Assembly: GCA_030153785.1 (NCBI GenBank)
Contig: JASKLF010000006.1
Span: 1 to 64,000, forward strand
DNA: 64,000 bases
Reading direction: 5' to 3'
Source of the DNA: a bacterium
GTDB lineage: Bacteria; Synergistota; GBS-1
A program made the translations under genes and the position numbers. Positions 50,615-60,576 of the stretch are shown here, in pieces. How positions within the stretch are numbered: position 1 is the stretch's first letter; every line of letters starts with the position of its first letter. Under the pieces are notes generated by a model, which did not search any database, was not told where the DNA came from, and saw only the letters and a list, made by a program, of their open reading frames with translations.

Positions 50615-52369
50615 ATGAATCAAGACCCAAGAAGGGCTACATTGGGTAAAACATTAATGGACATATGGGCAAACGATCCATACTTTAGGTCTATAGCTTA
50701 TTTCTCAATGGAAATCGGGGTAGACCCTAAAATCCCAACATATGCAGGAGGACTTGGGATACTAGCGGGAGATTTATTAAAGTCAGCAGCAGATTTAAAC
50801 ATACCAATAGTTGGGGTTACCCTTCTTTACAGAAAGGGCTACTTTAAGCAAAAAATAGATAAAGATGGTGTTCAACACGAACTTCCAGAAACATGGTACC
50901 CTGAAGAAAGATTGCATCTACTTCCAAACGAGGTAAGTATCACCATAGAAAACAGAACCGTCAAAATAAGAGCATGGGAATATACGATAATAGGAGCTAC
51001 AGGATATAGAGTACCGGTATACTTTTTAGACACAGATTATGAAGCCAATCATCCTGAAGATAGAAAACTCTCATGGTACCTTTATGGAGGAGATTTACGC
51101 TACAGGCTTTGTCAAGAATTAGTATTAGGAGTTGGAGGCCTAAGGATGCTAAGAGATTTGAGATACAACAATATCAAGACATTTCACCTCAATGAAGGAC
51201 ATGCGGCCTTCATAACTTTAGAGCTTTTGAGAGAACAAGGACATGAAGACTACAATAAGATAAGAGAAAAGTGCGTTTTCACCACTCACACACCCGTAGC
51301 CGCAGGCCATGACTTCTTCCCCTATGATTTAATAGACAAGGTTATGCGTCCACCATTTCCCGAACATCTTAAAAATATGCTTGGAGGAGAAGGAGTAAGC
51401 ATGTCAGACCTTGCCTTTAAATATAGTAGATACACTAACGCTGTGAGCGAAAAACACAGAGAAGTAACAAAAAAGATATTTAACGTGGAAAACGTGGATT
51501 ACATAACTAACGGCATCCATTCCTATACGTGGGTTTGCCCAGGATTGAAAAATACCTTCTCAAAATACATAAGAGGATGGGAAAACGATCCAACAAGGTT
51601 GGTTAGAGCCTTCTCTATTCCCGACGAAGAACTGTGGAAAGCTCACCAAGCAGCAAAGCTCAAGCTTTTTGCTCATGTCCTTGAGACAACCGGCGTTGAG
51701 CTCGACCCCGACATATTAACGATCGGAGCAGCCAGACGTGCCACAGGATACAAAAGGTTAGATCTTATATTCAAAGATATAAAACGCTTAGTAGATATCT
51801 GCGCAGGAAAAGTCCAGTTCATATTTGCAGGCAAAGCACATCCTAAAGACGAGGAAGGAAAGAAAATAATTCAAAACTTAATAAAAACGGCCTCCGAGCT
51901 TTCAGACGTTGTTAAGATAGTCTTCCTTGAAAACTACAACATGGAACTTGCCGCTTTACTTACAGCAGGCGTAGATGTATGGCTTAACACACCTAAAAGA
52001 CCACTTGAAGCATGCGGAACAAGCGGTATGAAAGCCTCTGTAAACGGCGTTTTGAACTTCAGCGTTCTCGACGGATGGTGGATAGAAGGATGCAGGGAAG
52101 GCTTCACAGGATGGTCAATAGGACCATACCCCAACGAAGTAGATTTAATGGGATACGATGAAACTTTAGATGCCGAAAGCTTTTACGAGAAACTTGAAAA
52201 AGAAGTTATTCCCACATACTACGAAAAAAGAGATAGATGGATACAGATGATGAAATACTCCATAGCACTAAATGGGTCTTACTTCAACACTCATAGAATG
52301 TTAAGGGAATATGTAGAAAGGGCTTATCAAATAAAAAGACTTGTAATGGAAGGGTTTGCTCAAATATAG
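50615..52369 (+). CDS. glgP: Alpha-glucan phosphorylase (short form)
   Basis: AYFSME, GGLGILAGD, HLNEGH, FTTHTP, ARRATGYKR, EACGTSGMK (PLP lysine). Confidence 0.93.
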   Translation: MNQDPRRATLGKTLMDIWANDPYFRSIAYFSMEIGVDPKIPTYAGGLGILAGDLLKSAADLNIPIVGVTLLYRKGYFKQKIDKDGVQHELPETWYPEERLHLLPNEVSITIENRTVKIRAWEYTIIGATGYRVPVYFLDTDYEANHPEDRKLSWYLYGGDLRYRLCQELVLGVGGLRMLRDLRYNNIKTFHLNEGHAAFITLELLREQGHEDYNKIREKCVFTTHTPVAAGHDFFPYDLIDKVMRPPFPEHLKNMLGGEGVSMSDLAFKYSRYTNAVSEKHREVTKKIFNVENVDYITNGIHSYTWVCPGLKNTFSKYIRGWENDPTRLVRAFSIPDEELWKAHQAAKLKLFAHVLETTGVELDPDILTIGAARRATGYKRLDLIFKDIKRLVDICAGKVQFIFAGKAHPKDEEGKKIIQNLIKTASELSDVVKIVFLENYNMELAALLTAGVDVWLNTPKRPLEACGTSGMKASVNGVLNFSVLDGWWIEGCREGFTGWSIGPYPNEVDLMGYDETLDAESFYEKLEKEVIPTYYEKRDRWIQMMKYSIALNGSYFNTHRMLREYVERAYQIKRLVMEGFAQI

Positions 52370-52384
52370 GAAGGAGTTATATTT

Positions 52385-54361
52385 ATGAAACTTGTATTTG
52401 GGGTTCACGCACACCAACCTGTAGGAAATCCTGATGAAATCATAGAGAAAGCCTTTGATAAATGTTATATGCCTTTTTTAGAAACCCTTGCAAATTTCCC
52501 AAGGGTAAAGATTGCCTTCCATATTAGCGGTCACCTAATGGAATGGGCACTGGAGAAAAGGGAACACTTTATAGAGCTCTTAAAAGAGCTTCATAAAAGA
52601 GGGAATGTAGAACTTCTAGGAGGGGGGCTTTATGAGCCTATACTATCTTCCATTCCAAAAGAGGACGCAATTGATCAACTAAAACTATTCTCAGAATTTA
52701 TAGAAAGCGTCTTTGGAGAAAGGCCAAAAGGAGCTTGGCTTACAGAGCGAGTATGGGACTCCTTCATACCTTCAATATTTAAGGAGGCAGGCATAACCTA
52801 CACATTTGTTGATGACTACCACTTTTTATGCACAGGTCTCGACGAAGAAAATCTAAACGGATTTTACCATACGGAACATGAAGGATATAAACTCTATCTA
52901 TTCCCTACTAACCAAAAATTGAGATATCTGATCCCATTCAGAAGCACATCTTCCGTTAGCCAATTTCTAAGGGCTTTAAATGGGCCAGGTATAATATTTG
53001 ACGATTATGAAAAATTTGGTCTCTGGCCAGAAACCTATGAATGGGTATATGAAAAGGGATGGTTAAAAGAGTTCTTCAATATAATAAACCAGGGAGAGAT
53101 AACAACACTTCTACCTTCGGAACTTTTAGATCAAGGAAACTCTTTAGGTTTGGTATATCTCCCTACTGTAAGCTATTTCGAAATGGGCGAATGGTCCCTA
53201 CCAGCAAAGAAGGCTTTTCTATTTAAAGAGTTTACAACTTTCCTTGAAAAAGAAAATCTACTTCAAAAATATAAGGGACTGGTAAGAGGGGGACAGTGGA
53301 AAAACTTTTTTATAAAATACCCCGAGTCAAACTACATGCAAAAGAAAATGATTTTTATAAGCAAGAGGATCAGGGAATTGCCAGAAGGACCTAGCAAAGA
53401 AAAAGCCAAAAGATGCCTCTACCGAGCTCAATGTAACGATGCCTATTGGCATGGAATATTTGGAGGAATTTACTTTCCTCACCTAAGAGAAAGCATCTTT
53501 AAAGAGCTTTCACGGGCAGAAAGTTTACTTTTTGGGAACAGGACAGAAGTATTTATAGAAGACATTGATTTGGATGATTCGAAGGAAATATACATATATA
53601 CGCCCCAGCTAACATGTATAATTAAACCCAATCTTGGAGGTTCGATAAGAGAGCTAACCTTTCACCCTAACCACATAAATCTGGTAAACACTCTTTCGAG
53701 AAAAAAAGAACATTACCACATGATTCAAAGAGCACAAAACAACGCTAAAAGGGAAGAAAACAGCATCTCCACCATTCACGAAAGGATTTATAAGCTCGAT
53801 ACCAATTCTATTGAGTTTGACCTCCATGAACGCACCTTTGGATATGAGGAAGTGAGCTTTGACGGAGGAAAAACATGGGTAAGTCTTATAAGTGAAAAAT
53901 TTGAGATAGAATCAATTGAAGGCCTTTCCTTCACATTAAGAAAAGAGATCGCAGTTTCATCTAAAAAAGAAGTAGCCTTCAGAAAGAAAATAGAATTGGT
54001 TGACAACTTTTTAAAGATAATGTATCCTTTAATTGGGGAAACACCACTCGATCTAAGGGTTTTTCTTAATATTAAATTAACTTCCATAGACTTCACCTCT
54101 TTAAAGATAGACAGGAAAGCTTTACAAGTTAAGGAAGAAAATCTATCGGAAGGAAATGAAATAGAAATAGAGGATAAGATATCCAAAACAAAGCTTCTCA
54201 TTAAAGCAAATCAGTATAGTAAGATATCAATTAAACAAATTTATACCTTTTCCCAAACGGAAGAGGGATATGACAGGATATACCAAGCCACAGAAATCGC
54301 TCTAACCCCCCTTGAGCTGAAAGAAGCGTTTTCTATCCTCTTTAAGGTAGAAAAGAGTTAA
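52385..54361 (+). CDS. GH57 4-alpha-glucanotransferase / alpha-amylase
   Basis: HAHQPVGN, YEPIL, WLTERVW, DDYEKFG, SYFEMGEW, QCNDAYWHGIFGGIY. Confidence 0.9.
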   Translation: MKLVFGVHAHQPVGNPDEIIEKAFDKCYMPFLETLANFPRVKIAFHISGHLMEWALEKREHFIELLKELHKRGNVELLGGGLYEPILSSIPKEDAIDQLKLFSEFIESVFGERPKGAWLTERVWDSFIPSIFKEAGITYTFVDDYHFLCTGLDEENLNGFYHTEHEGYKLYLFPTNQKLRYLIPFRSTSSVSQFLRALNGPGIIFDDYEKFGLWPETYEWVYEKGWLKEFFNIINQGEITTLLPSELLDQGNSLGLVYLPTVSYFEMGEWSLPAKKAFLFKEFTTFLEKENLLQKYKGLVRGGQWKNFFIKYPESNYMQKKMIFISKRIRELPEGPSKEKAKRCLYRAQCNDAYWHGIFGGIYFPHLRESIFKELSRAESLLFGNRTEVFIEDIDLDDSKEIYIYTPQLTCIIKPNLGGSIRELTFHPNHINLVNTLSRKKEHYHMIQRAQNNAKREENSISTIHERIYKLDTNSIEFDLHERTFGYEEVSFDGGKTWVSLISEKFEIESIEGLSFTLRKEIAVSSKKEVAFRKKIELVDNFLKIMYPLIGETPLDLRVFLNIKLTSIDFTSLKIDRKALQVKEENLSEGNEIEIEDKISKTKLLIKANQYSKISIKQIYTFSQTEEGYDRIYQATEIALTPLELKEAFSILFKVEKS

Positions 54362-54375
54362 AAAGGGGTGGTTTT

Positions 54376-56088
54376 ATGAAAAGAGGTTTCTTTCACTTAG
54401 CCCTTCATGGTCACGTGCCCTACGTAGTAAATCACGGCACTTGGCCACATGGTGAAGTTTGGCTTCAAGAGGCAGCATGGGAAACTTACATACCATTGAT
54501 TAAAACCTTAACGGAATGTAGAAATCAAAACCATAAAGCAAAGTTGACCCTCAACCTGTCTCCCATTTTGCTTGAACAGCTATCAAATCCTACTTTTATC
54601 AAAAACTTAGAAGCCTATATAGAAGACCAAATCAGGTATGCAAGGAAAGAAGAAGAGGAATACAAAACAAAAGAACCAAAGAGATCTGAGTTGGCTAAGT
54701 ATTGGGTCTCCGTGCTTGAGGATAGGAAGAGTTTTTTTGAAAACATTAGCGGAGATATCGTTAGTGCCTTCAGGAAGCTTGTTGAAGAAGAGACGATCGA
54801 GATAATTTCCTGCGCAGCTACTCATGGATACCTCCCTCTTTTAGGATATGATGAATGCGTAGAAGCCCAAATAAAAATTGGTATAACGACGTCTAAAAAA
54901 TACTTTAACAACACTGAAATAAAAGGATTCTGGCTACCTGAATGCGCCTATAGATCTTCATACCAATGGACTAATCCTTTAACGGGAGAATCATTCTTCA
55001 GAAAGGGTCTCGAGATGATCCTAAACGACAATGAAGTTAGCTTCTCATACACAGACTATCATCTGCTTGTAGGACAAGAAAAGGTAGGAACAGTTAAATC
55101 TCCCTATGAGACCAAAGAATGGAAGGATTCTAAAGAAAGAAGGAAGATAAGCGAAAATAATGAATATGCTCAAAAGGTACTTCCTTTAAAACCCTATTAT
55201 TGTGTCTCTCCCGGCTATGAGAAAGGAATTATCTTCCTTGTGAGAGATCCTATAGGAACAGCAAGGGTCTGGAGCCGTGACATGGGTTTCCCGGGAAACG
55301 GAAGATATCTCGAATTTCACAAAAGGGCCTTTCCCGGCGGACACAGATTTTGGAGAGTAACCGACAGAAAGCTTGGTTTAGGTGCAAAAGAATACTATGA
55401 GCCCCAAAAAGCGATTGAAGCGATAAACGAGCACGCTGAGGCATTTGTAAACATGCTAAAAGGTAGATTAAGGGAAGCTACTTCCGACACAGATATTCCT
55501 CCTATCTTCGTTGAAGTCTTTGACGCAGAGCTTTTCGGACACTGGTGGTATGAAGGAACTTTATGGCTGAAGGAAATCTTTAAACTTATGGATCTTAACG
55601 AAGAAATTAAACCCATATTCGGAAGGGAGGTTCCCAAAGTATATGAAAAATTAGAAATAACACACCTATGGGAAGGGTCATGGGGTGCAGGAGGAGACCA
55701 CAGAATTTGGTTTAACGAAGAAACAAAATGGATGTGGAAAAAGATATATGAATGCGAAAGAAAAATGGTCTATGAATTATCAACCATGGAACCTAAAAGT
55801 GACCTCCACCTATTGGCACTAAACCAAGCTGCTAAGGAACTCCTGCTTTTAGAAGCATCCGACTGGGAATTTCTATATACGACGTGGCAAGCTCGCGATT
55901 ATGCAGAACAAAGGTTTGAAAGACACTACGAATTCTTTCAAAAAGCTTATACTATATCGAAGCTTATAAATGAGGGCTTGTCACTTGAAGGAAGGGACAA
56001 AGATATTGAGACTCTCCAAAAGATAGCTACAACCGATAATATATTTACAGGGGTGGAATATAGATTTTGGAAACCCAAAGAGCAATAG
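54376..56088 (+). CDS. GH57 1,4-alpha-glucan branching enzyme (DUF1957 type)
   Basis: LHGHVPYV, ATHGYLPL, WLPECAY, YLEFHK, FDAELFGHWWYEG, SWG, SDWEF. Confidence 0.9.
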   Translation: MKRGFFHLALHGHVPYVVNHGTWPHGEVWLQEAAWETYIPLIKTLTECRNQNHKAKLTLNLSPILLEQLSNPTFIKNLEAYIEDQIRYARKEEEEYKTKEPKRSELAKYWVSVLEDRKSFFENISGDIVSAFRKLVEEETIEIISCAATHGYLPLLGYDECVEAQIKIGITTSKKYFNNTEIKGFWLPECAYRSSYQWTNPLTGESFFRKGLEMILNDNEVSFSYTDYHLLVGQEKVGTVKSPYETKEWKDSKERRKISENNEYAQKVLPLKPYYCVSPGYEKGIIFLVRDPIGTARVWSRDMGFPGNGRYLEFHKRAFPGGHRFWRVTDRKLGLGAKEYYEPQKAIEAINEHAEAFVNMLKGRLREATSDTDIPPIFVEVFDAELFGHWWYEGTLWLKEIFKLMDLNEEIKPIFGREVPKVYEKLEITHLWEGSWGAGGDHRIWFNEETKWMWKKIYECERKMVYELSTMEPKSDLHLLALNQAAKELLLLEASDWEFLYTTWQARDYAEQRFERHYEFFQKAYTISKLINEGLSLEGRDKDIETLQKIATTDNIFTGVEYRFWKPKEQ

Positions 56089-57536
56089 AAATACTACACG
56101 TCTGTTCAGAAATCCATCCTCTAAATAAAGTAGGAGGATTGGGAGATGTTACATATGAACTCCCCAAAGCCATAAATGGGAGCGGTGAGGGAAAGTGTGT
56201 AGTGATAGCCCCACTTAACAAACCAGCAAAAACCAACATCGAAAAACTTTCCCTTGAAATTGAAAAAATAGGTGAAGTATGTGTACCACTCAATTGGAGG
56301 TGTTATAAGCTACCTATCTTTAAACTCTCGTTGGACGAAAAGCTCAACATATACCTCATCGGAGGAGATATTATAGAAAATAGTCCTCCTTACCCGGAAA
56401 AGGAGGAGGTTTCATATAAACTATCTTTTCCCCTTCTGTGTCTTGGAGCCATAGAAGGAATAAAAGAGAGGTTATTCGAGATAACTCCACATCTAATTCA
56501 TGTTCATGATTGGCCCACCTCATTAATCCCCATCTTCAAGTACTTTCATAGATACTATAGGGAAATCCCCATGCCCCCAACGATTCTATCCATTCACAAC
56601 ATCGCCCATCAAGGTATTTACGAACCCGAAGTTATAGACCAATGGTACCTACTTTCAACATCCTTTGATATAAGCTACCTTGAATTTTGGGGAAAAGTGA
56701 ATCTATTAAAGGGCGGGATTATCCTCTCAGATGCTATAGTAACCGTTAGCCAATCTTATGCTGAAGAAATTCAAAAACCTGAATATGGCTTCGGGTTAGA
56801 TGGAGTAGTTAGAGAACAAACTCACAAGCTATACGGAATAACAAACGGTATAGATGAGGAAAGATGGAATCCTGCTACAGACGAATTTATTCCTTTCAGA
56901 TATGATGATAAAAATATGGAAGGGAAGAAAAGATGTAAAAAGGCATTGCTTAAAGAGCTTGCTCTCGAAGAAAAAACTGAAAAACCACTAATAAGCATGA
57001 TATCGCGAATAGCCTCACAAAAAGGCTTCGATATTTTAATCCCAGCAATCCCAGAAATATTGAAAATGGAAACTCAATTAGTTATATTGGGCAAAGGAGA
57101 CCCTTACTTTTCGAAAGAGCTCGCTACGCTCGAAAGAGGGTATGCTCATTGTTATAGATTTATCAACGACTTTGATGAATCCCTGGCGCGAAGGATATAT
57201 GCTGGTTCGGATATGCTACTTATGCCATCCCTATACGAACCTTGTGGTATAACTCAAATGATAGCTCTCAGATATGGAACGCTTCCTATCGCCAGAAGAG
57301 TGGGAGGATTAAAGGACACGATAAAGGATATAGATGATGATGGATGGGGCTTTCTGTTCGACGAATACAGCCAATCAGCATTAATCGAAGCCGTGAGAAA
57401 GGCCATTAACATCTACAGAAACGAGAAGACCAAATTCAATGAGGCTATCAGAAAAGCTATGCGTCTTGATTTTTCGTGGTCAAGTAGAGCAAAGCTTTAT
57501 TTAGAGGTTTATAGAAAGGTAGCAAAAAAGAGGTGA
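56067..57536 (+). CDS. glgA: Glycogen synthase (ADP-glucose)
   Basis: KVGGLGDV, HVHDW, HNIAHQG, TVS, RIASQKG, MPSLYEPCG, GGLKDT. Confidence 0.93.
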   Translation: METQRAIEILHVCSEIHPLNKVGGLGDVTYELPKAINGSGEGKCVVIAPLNKPAKTNIEKLSLEIEKIGEVCVPLNWRCYKLPIFKLSLDEKLNIYLIGGDIIENSPPYPEKEEVSYKLSFPLLCLGAIEGIKERLFEITPHLIHVHDWPTSLIPIFKYFHRYYREIPMPPTILSIHNIAHQGIYEPEVIDQWYLLSTSFDISYLEFWGKVNLLKGGIILSDAIVTVSQSYAEEIQKPEYGFGLDGVVREQTHKLYGITNGIDEERWNPATDEFIPFRYDDKNMEGKKRCKKALLKELALEEKTEKPLISMISRIASQKGFDILIPAIPEILKMETQLVILGKGDPYFSKELATLERGYAHCYRFINDFDESLARRIYAGSDMLLMPSLYEPCGITQMIALRYGTLPIARRVGGLKDTIKDIDDDGWGFLFDEYSQSALIEAVRKAINIYRNEKTKFNEAIRKAMRLDFSWSSRAKLYLEVYRKVAKKR

Positions 57537-57543
57537 AGATACT

Positions 57544-58827
57544 TTGTTTTATGGGGAATACGGTAAAGTCTTAGCAATGGTTTTAGCCGGTGGGAAAGGA
57601 ACGAGGCTATACCCTTTAACTAAATGCAGAACGAAGCCAGCAGTATATTTCGCAGCAAAGTATAGAATCATTGACTTTGCTCTATCAAACCTCGTGAACT
57701 CCGGTTTCCTCTCCATATATGTGCTTGTTCAATTTAAAAGCCAATCTCTAAACGAACATATATCAAGAGGCTGGCAACTTGGTGGAGCTCTAAGGGATAG
57801 AAACATATTTATATCTACTGTGCCACCCCAAATGTGGACTGGTGAGCATTGGTATAAGGGAACAGCCGATGCTATCTACCAAAATATCCATTTAATAACT
57901 ACCTTCGATGCTGACAGAATAATCATTCTTGCAGCTGACCACGTTTACAAAATGGATGTAAGACAATTCATGGAGTTTCACTTAAAAAACAAGGCAGATA
58001 TAACCATATGCGCCACGGTAGTTCCCAAAGAAGAGGCAAGGTCCTTTGGAGTCATTCAAGTAGACGAAAAAAACAGGGTCATCGGTTTTCACGAAAAGGT
58101 TGCAGACCCTCCTGAAATACCTGGAAAGAAAGGCTTTTGCTTTGCATCTATGGGGAATTACATCTTCGAAAGAGAAGTTATAGAAGAAGTACTACTTGAG
58201 GACGCACATGACCCATTAAGCAGCCATGATTTCGGTAAGGATATATTTCCAAAGGCATACAAGAAATACAAAGTTTATGCTTATGATTTCACCACCAACA
58301 AAATTCCTGGAAATGACAAACCCTATTGGAGGGACGTAGGTACAATTCAATCCTACTGGACAGCTCACATGGATATTCTCCGCCCCGATCCCGAGTTAAA
58401 TCTCTATAACTTTCAATGGCCCATAAAAACGGTAAGCTACGGCGATCCCCCCGCTTACATATATCCAGCAGATGGATATAAACCACTCGTAGTGGAAACT
58501 CTGCAAGCTGAAGGTAGTAGAGTATTAGGAGCAACGGTAATAAGGTCAGTATTGGGAAGAAACTGTATAATTAACCCTGGAGCCAAAGTTGAAGAATGTA
58601 TAATAGGGAAAATGTCTATTATAGGAGAGAAATGTAAATTAAGAAGGGTCATTGTAGATGCGAATGTTTACATACCGCCAAAAACGGTAATAGGATATGA
58701 CTTAGAAGAAGATGCAAATCGCTACTACCTTGACGAAAGTGGAATAGTAGTAGTAGCCATGCCGTCTATCTTCCTCAGGTCAGAGAAGAAATACTACACC
58801 TACGGATGGGAAGAAATCGCCATATAA
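57544..58827 (+). CDS. glgC: Glucose-1-phosphate adenylyltransferase
   Basis: LAGGKGTRL, KPAV, WYKGTADA, DHVYKMD, ASMGNY, DFGKD, YWRDVGT. Confidence 0.95.
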   Translation: MFYGEYGKVLAMVLAGGKGTRLYPLTKCRTKPAVYFAAKYRIIDFALSNLVNSGFLSIYVLVQFKSQSLNEHISRGWQLGGALRDRNIFISTVPPQMWTGEHWYKGTADAIYQNIHLITTFDADRIIILAADHVYKMDVRQFMEFHLKNKADITICATVVPKEEARSFGVIQVDEKNRVIGFHEKVADPPEIPGKKGFCFASMGNYIFEREVIEEVLLEDAHDPLSSHDFGKDIFPKAYKKYKVYAYDFTTNKIPGNDKPYWRDVGTIQSYWTAHMDILRPDPELNLYNFQWPIKTVSYGDPPAYIYPADGYKPLVVETLQAEGSRVLGATVIRSVLGRNCIINPGAKVEECIIGKMSIIGEKCKLRRVIVDANVYIPPKTVIGYDLEEDANRYYLDESGIVVVAMPSIFLRSEKKYYTYGWEEIAI

Positions 58828-58843
58828 AGGAGGAAAATATCTC

Positions 58844-60568
58844 TTGAAAGGTGCAAGAGCCATATTAGAAACCCTTAAAGAATATAACGTCAAGCACGTC
58901 TTTGGATTACCAGGGGAAACTTCAATATCCTGGTATTTAGAATGGCAAAACTTTCCAGAGATAAAACATGTACTTACGAGAGATGAAAGAAGCGCGTGCT
59001 TCATGGCTGATGGATACGCCAAGGTAAGCTTTAAGCCTGGCATATGTGAAGCTCCGAGTGTTGGAGCAACCCATGTAATACCTGGGATTGTCGAAGCGAA
59101 CAAGTCATCAACACCTCTAATAGTGATAACAACAGATGTACCCTTGAACGTGGAAAAGAAAAACATGCTAACAGGATTTGACCAAACCCCTCTATTCCAA
59201 TCCATTACTAAGGAGAGTATAATGATCTATAAAGCTTCAGATATACCTTTTGCCTTTAGAAGAGCCTTTAGGTTAGCAACCACAGGCAAAACTGGTCCTG
59301 TCCATTTAAGAATTCCAATGAACATTTTAGAAGAAGACTTCCCAGGCAATAACTTAGAAGTTCAAAGAGAGTTCTCAACTTACCCCAGCCACAGATTCTG
59401 TGCAAACATAGAAGAGATAAGAAAGGCTATAAAGCTTATCCTAAAAAGTGAAAAACCTTTGATAATTTGCGGGCAGGGGGTATTATACTCTTCCGCATGG
59501 GAAGAGGTGCAAAGATTAGCCGAAACACTTGATATACCTGTTGGAACTACAATCTCAGGGAAAGGAAGCTTCCCAGAAACTCACCCTTTATCTATAGGCG
59601 TGGTAGGTATCAGAGGAGGAACTCCTTTATCTAACAAAATAGTAGAGGAATCTGACTTAATCTTTTACATCGGCTGTAATACGGACTATGTTACTACAGA
59701 TGGTTGGGAACTTCCAAGCGCCAATTCAAACAAAAAGATCATACACCTTGACATAAGCGAAACGGAAGTCTCCAACAACTATGTAACTGAAGTAATACTC
59801 ATAGGAGACGCTAAAAGCTCCTTAGGGATGATGCTAAAAACTTTTCAAGAAGAGTTTAATAAGATACAAAGCCAAGCAAGAAAACAATGGGCAGAGGGGG
59901 TTACCAAAAAACTCAAGCTTTACAGAAACGAACTAAAAGAGAAGGCAAGTTTACCTTCTCCTAAAGGACTGAATCCGCTTTCGGCCATAGAAATTCTCAA
60001 CGAAATGCTTAACGAAAGCGTTGTCATGGCTATAGACCCAGGAACAAGCGCAATTTATTCCTCTGCCTTTCTTAAAGCCAAAAAGGCCGGCAGAAGCTTT
60101 CTTTTTAACTTCTCCTTAGGGGCGCTAGGATACGCTATACCCGCTGCCATAGGAGCTTATTACGCAAATCCCGATCTAACAATAATCGCTTTAACAGGAG
60201 ACGGAAGTTTGGGGTTTACTCTTGGAGAGCTAGAAACTATTGCAAGAGAAGAATGTAACATAAAAATAATCTTATTCAAGAACGACAGTTTTGGATGGAT
60301 AAGAGCTACTATGAAACTTTCCTACGGCAATAAGCACTTCTCGACCGAATTTAAGGAAATAGAATATTATAAGGTAGCACAAGCCTTTGGTATAGATTCT
60401 TACAAAGCCGAAACTCCTCATGAATTTAAACTACTGATAGAAAAGGCACTTAAAGTCAAAAAACCCTTCTTTATAGAAATAAATACACCAACTGAGGATG
60501 AACTTGTCCCCCCTGTTCCTTCCTGGCTTAAGAAAGCTAAAGAATTAGGATTACCGTATGTAGTATAA
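58844..60568 (+). CDS. Thiamine diphosphate-dependent enzyme (acetolactate synthase-like fold), substrate unknown
   Basis: FGLPG, RDE (catalytic Glu), MADGYA, GPVHL, GDGS...NDSFG ThDP motif. Confidence 0.88.
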   Translation: MKGARAILETLKEYNVKHVFGLPGETSISWYLEWQNFPEIKHVLTRDERSACFMADGYAKVSFKPGICEAPSVGATHVIPGIVEANKSSTPLIVITTDVPLNVEKKNMLTGFDQTPLFQSITKESIMIYKASDIPFAFRRAFRLATTGKTGPVHLRIPMNILEEDFPGNNLEVQREFSTYPSHRFCANIEEIRKAIKLILKSEKPLIICGQGVLYSSAWEEVQRLAETLDIPVGTTISGKGSFPETHPLSIGVVGIRGGTPLSNKIVEESDLIFYIGCNTDYVTTDGWELPSANSNKKIIHLDISETEVSNNYVTEVILIGDAKSSLGMMLKTFQEEFNKIQSQARKQWAEGVTKKLKLYRNELKEKASLPSPKGLNPLSAIEILNEMLNESVVMAIDPGTSAIYSSAFLKAKKAGRSFLFNFSLGALGYAIPAAIGAYYANPDLTIIALTGDGSLGFTLGELETIAREECNIKIILFKNDSFGWIRATMKLSYGNKHFSTEFKEIEYYKVAQAFGIDSYKAETPHEFKLLIEKALKVKKPFFIEINTPTEDELVPPVPSWLKKAKELGLPYVV

Positions 60569-60576
60569 TATCCCAC

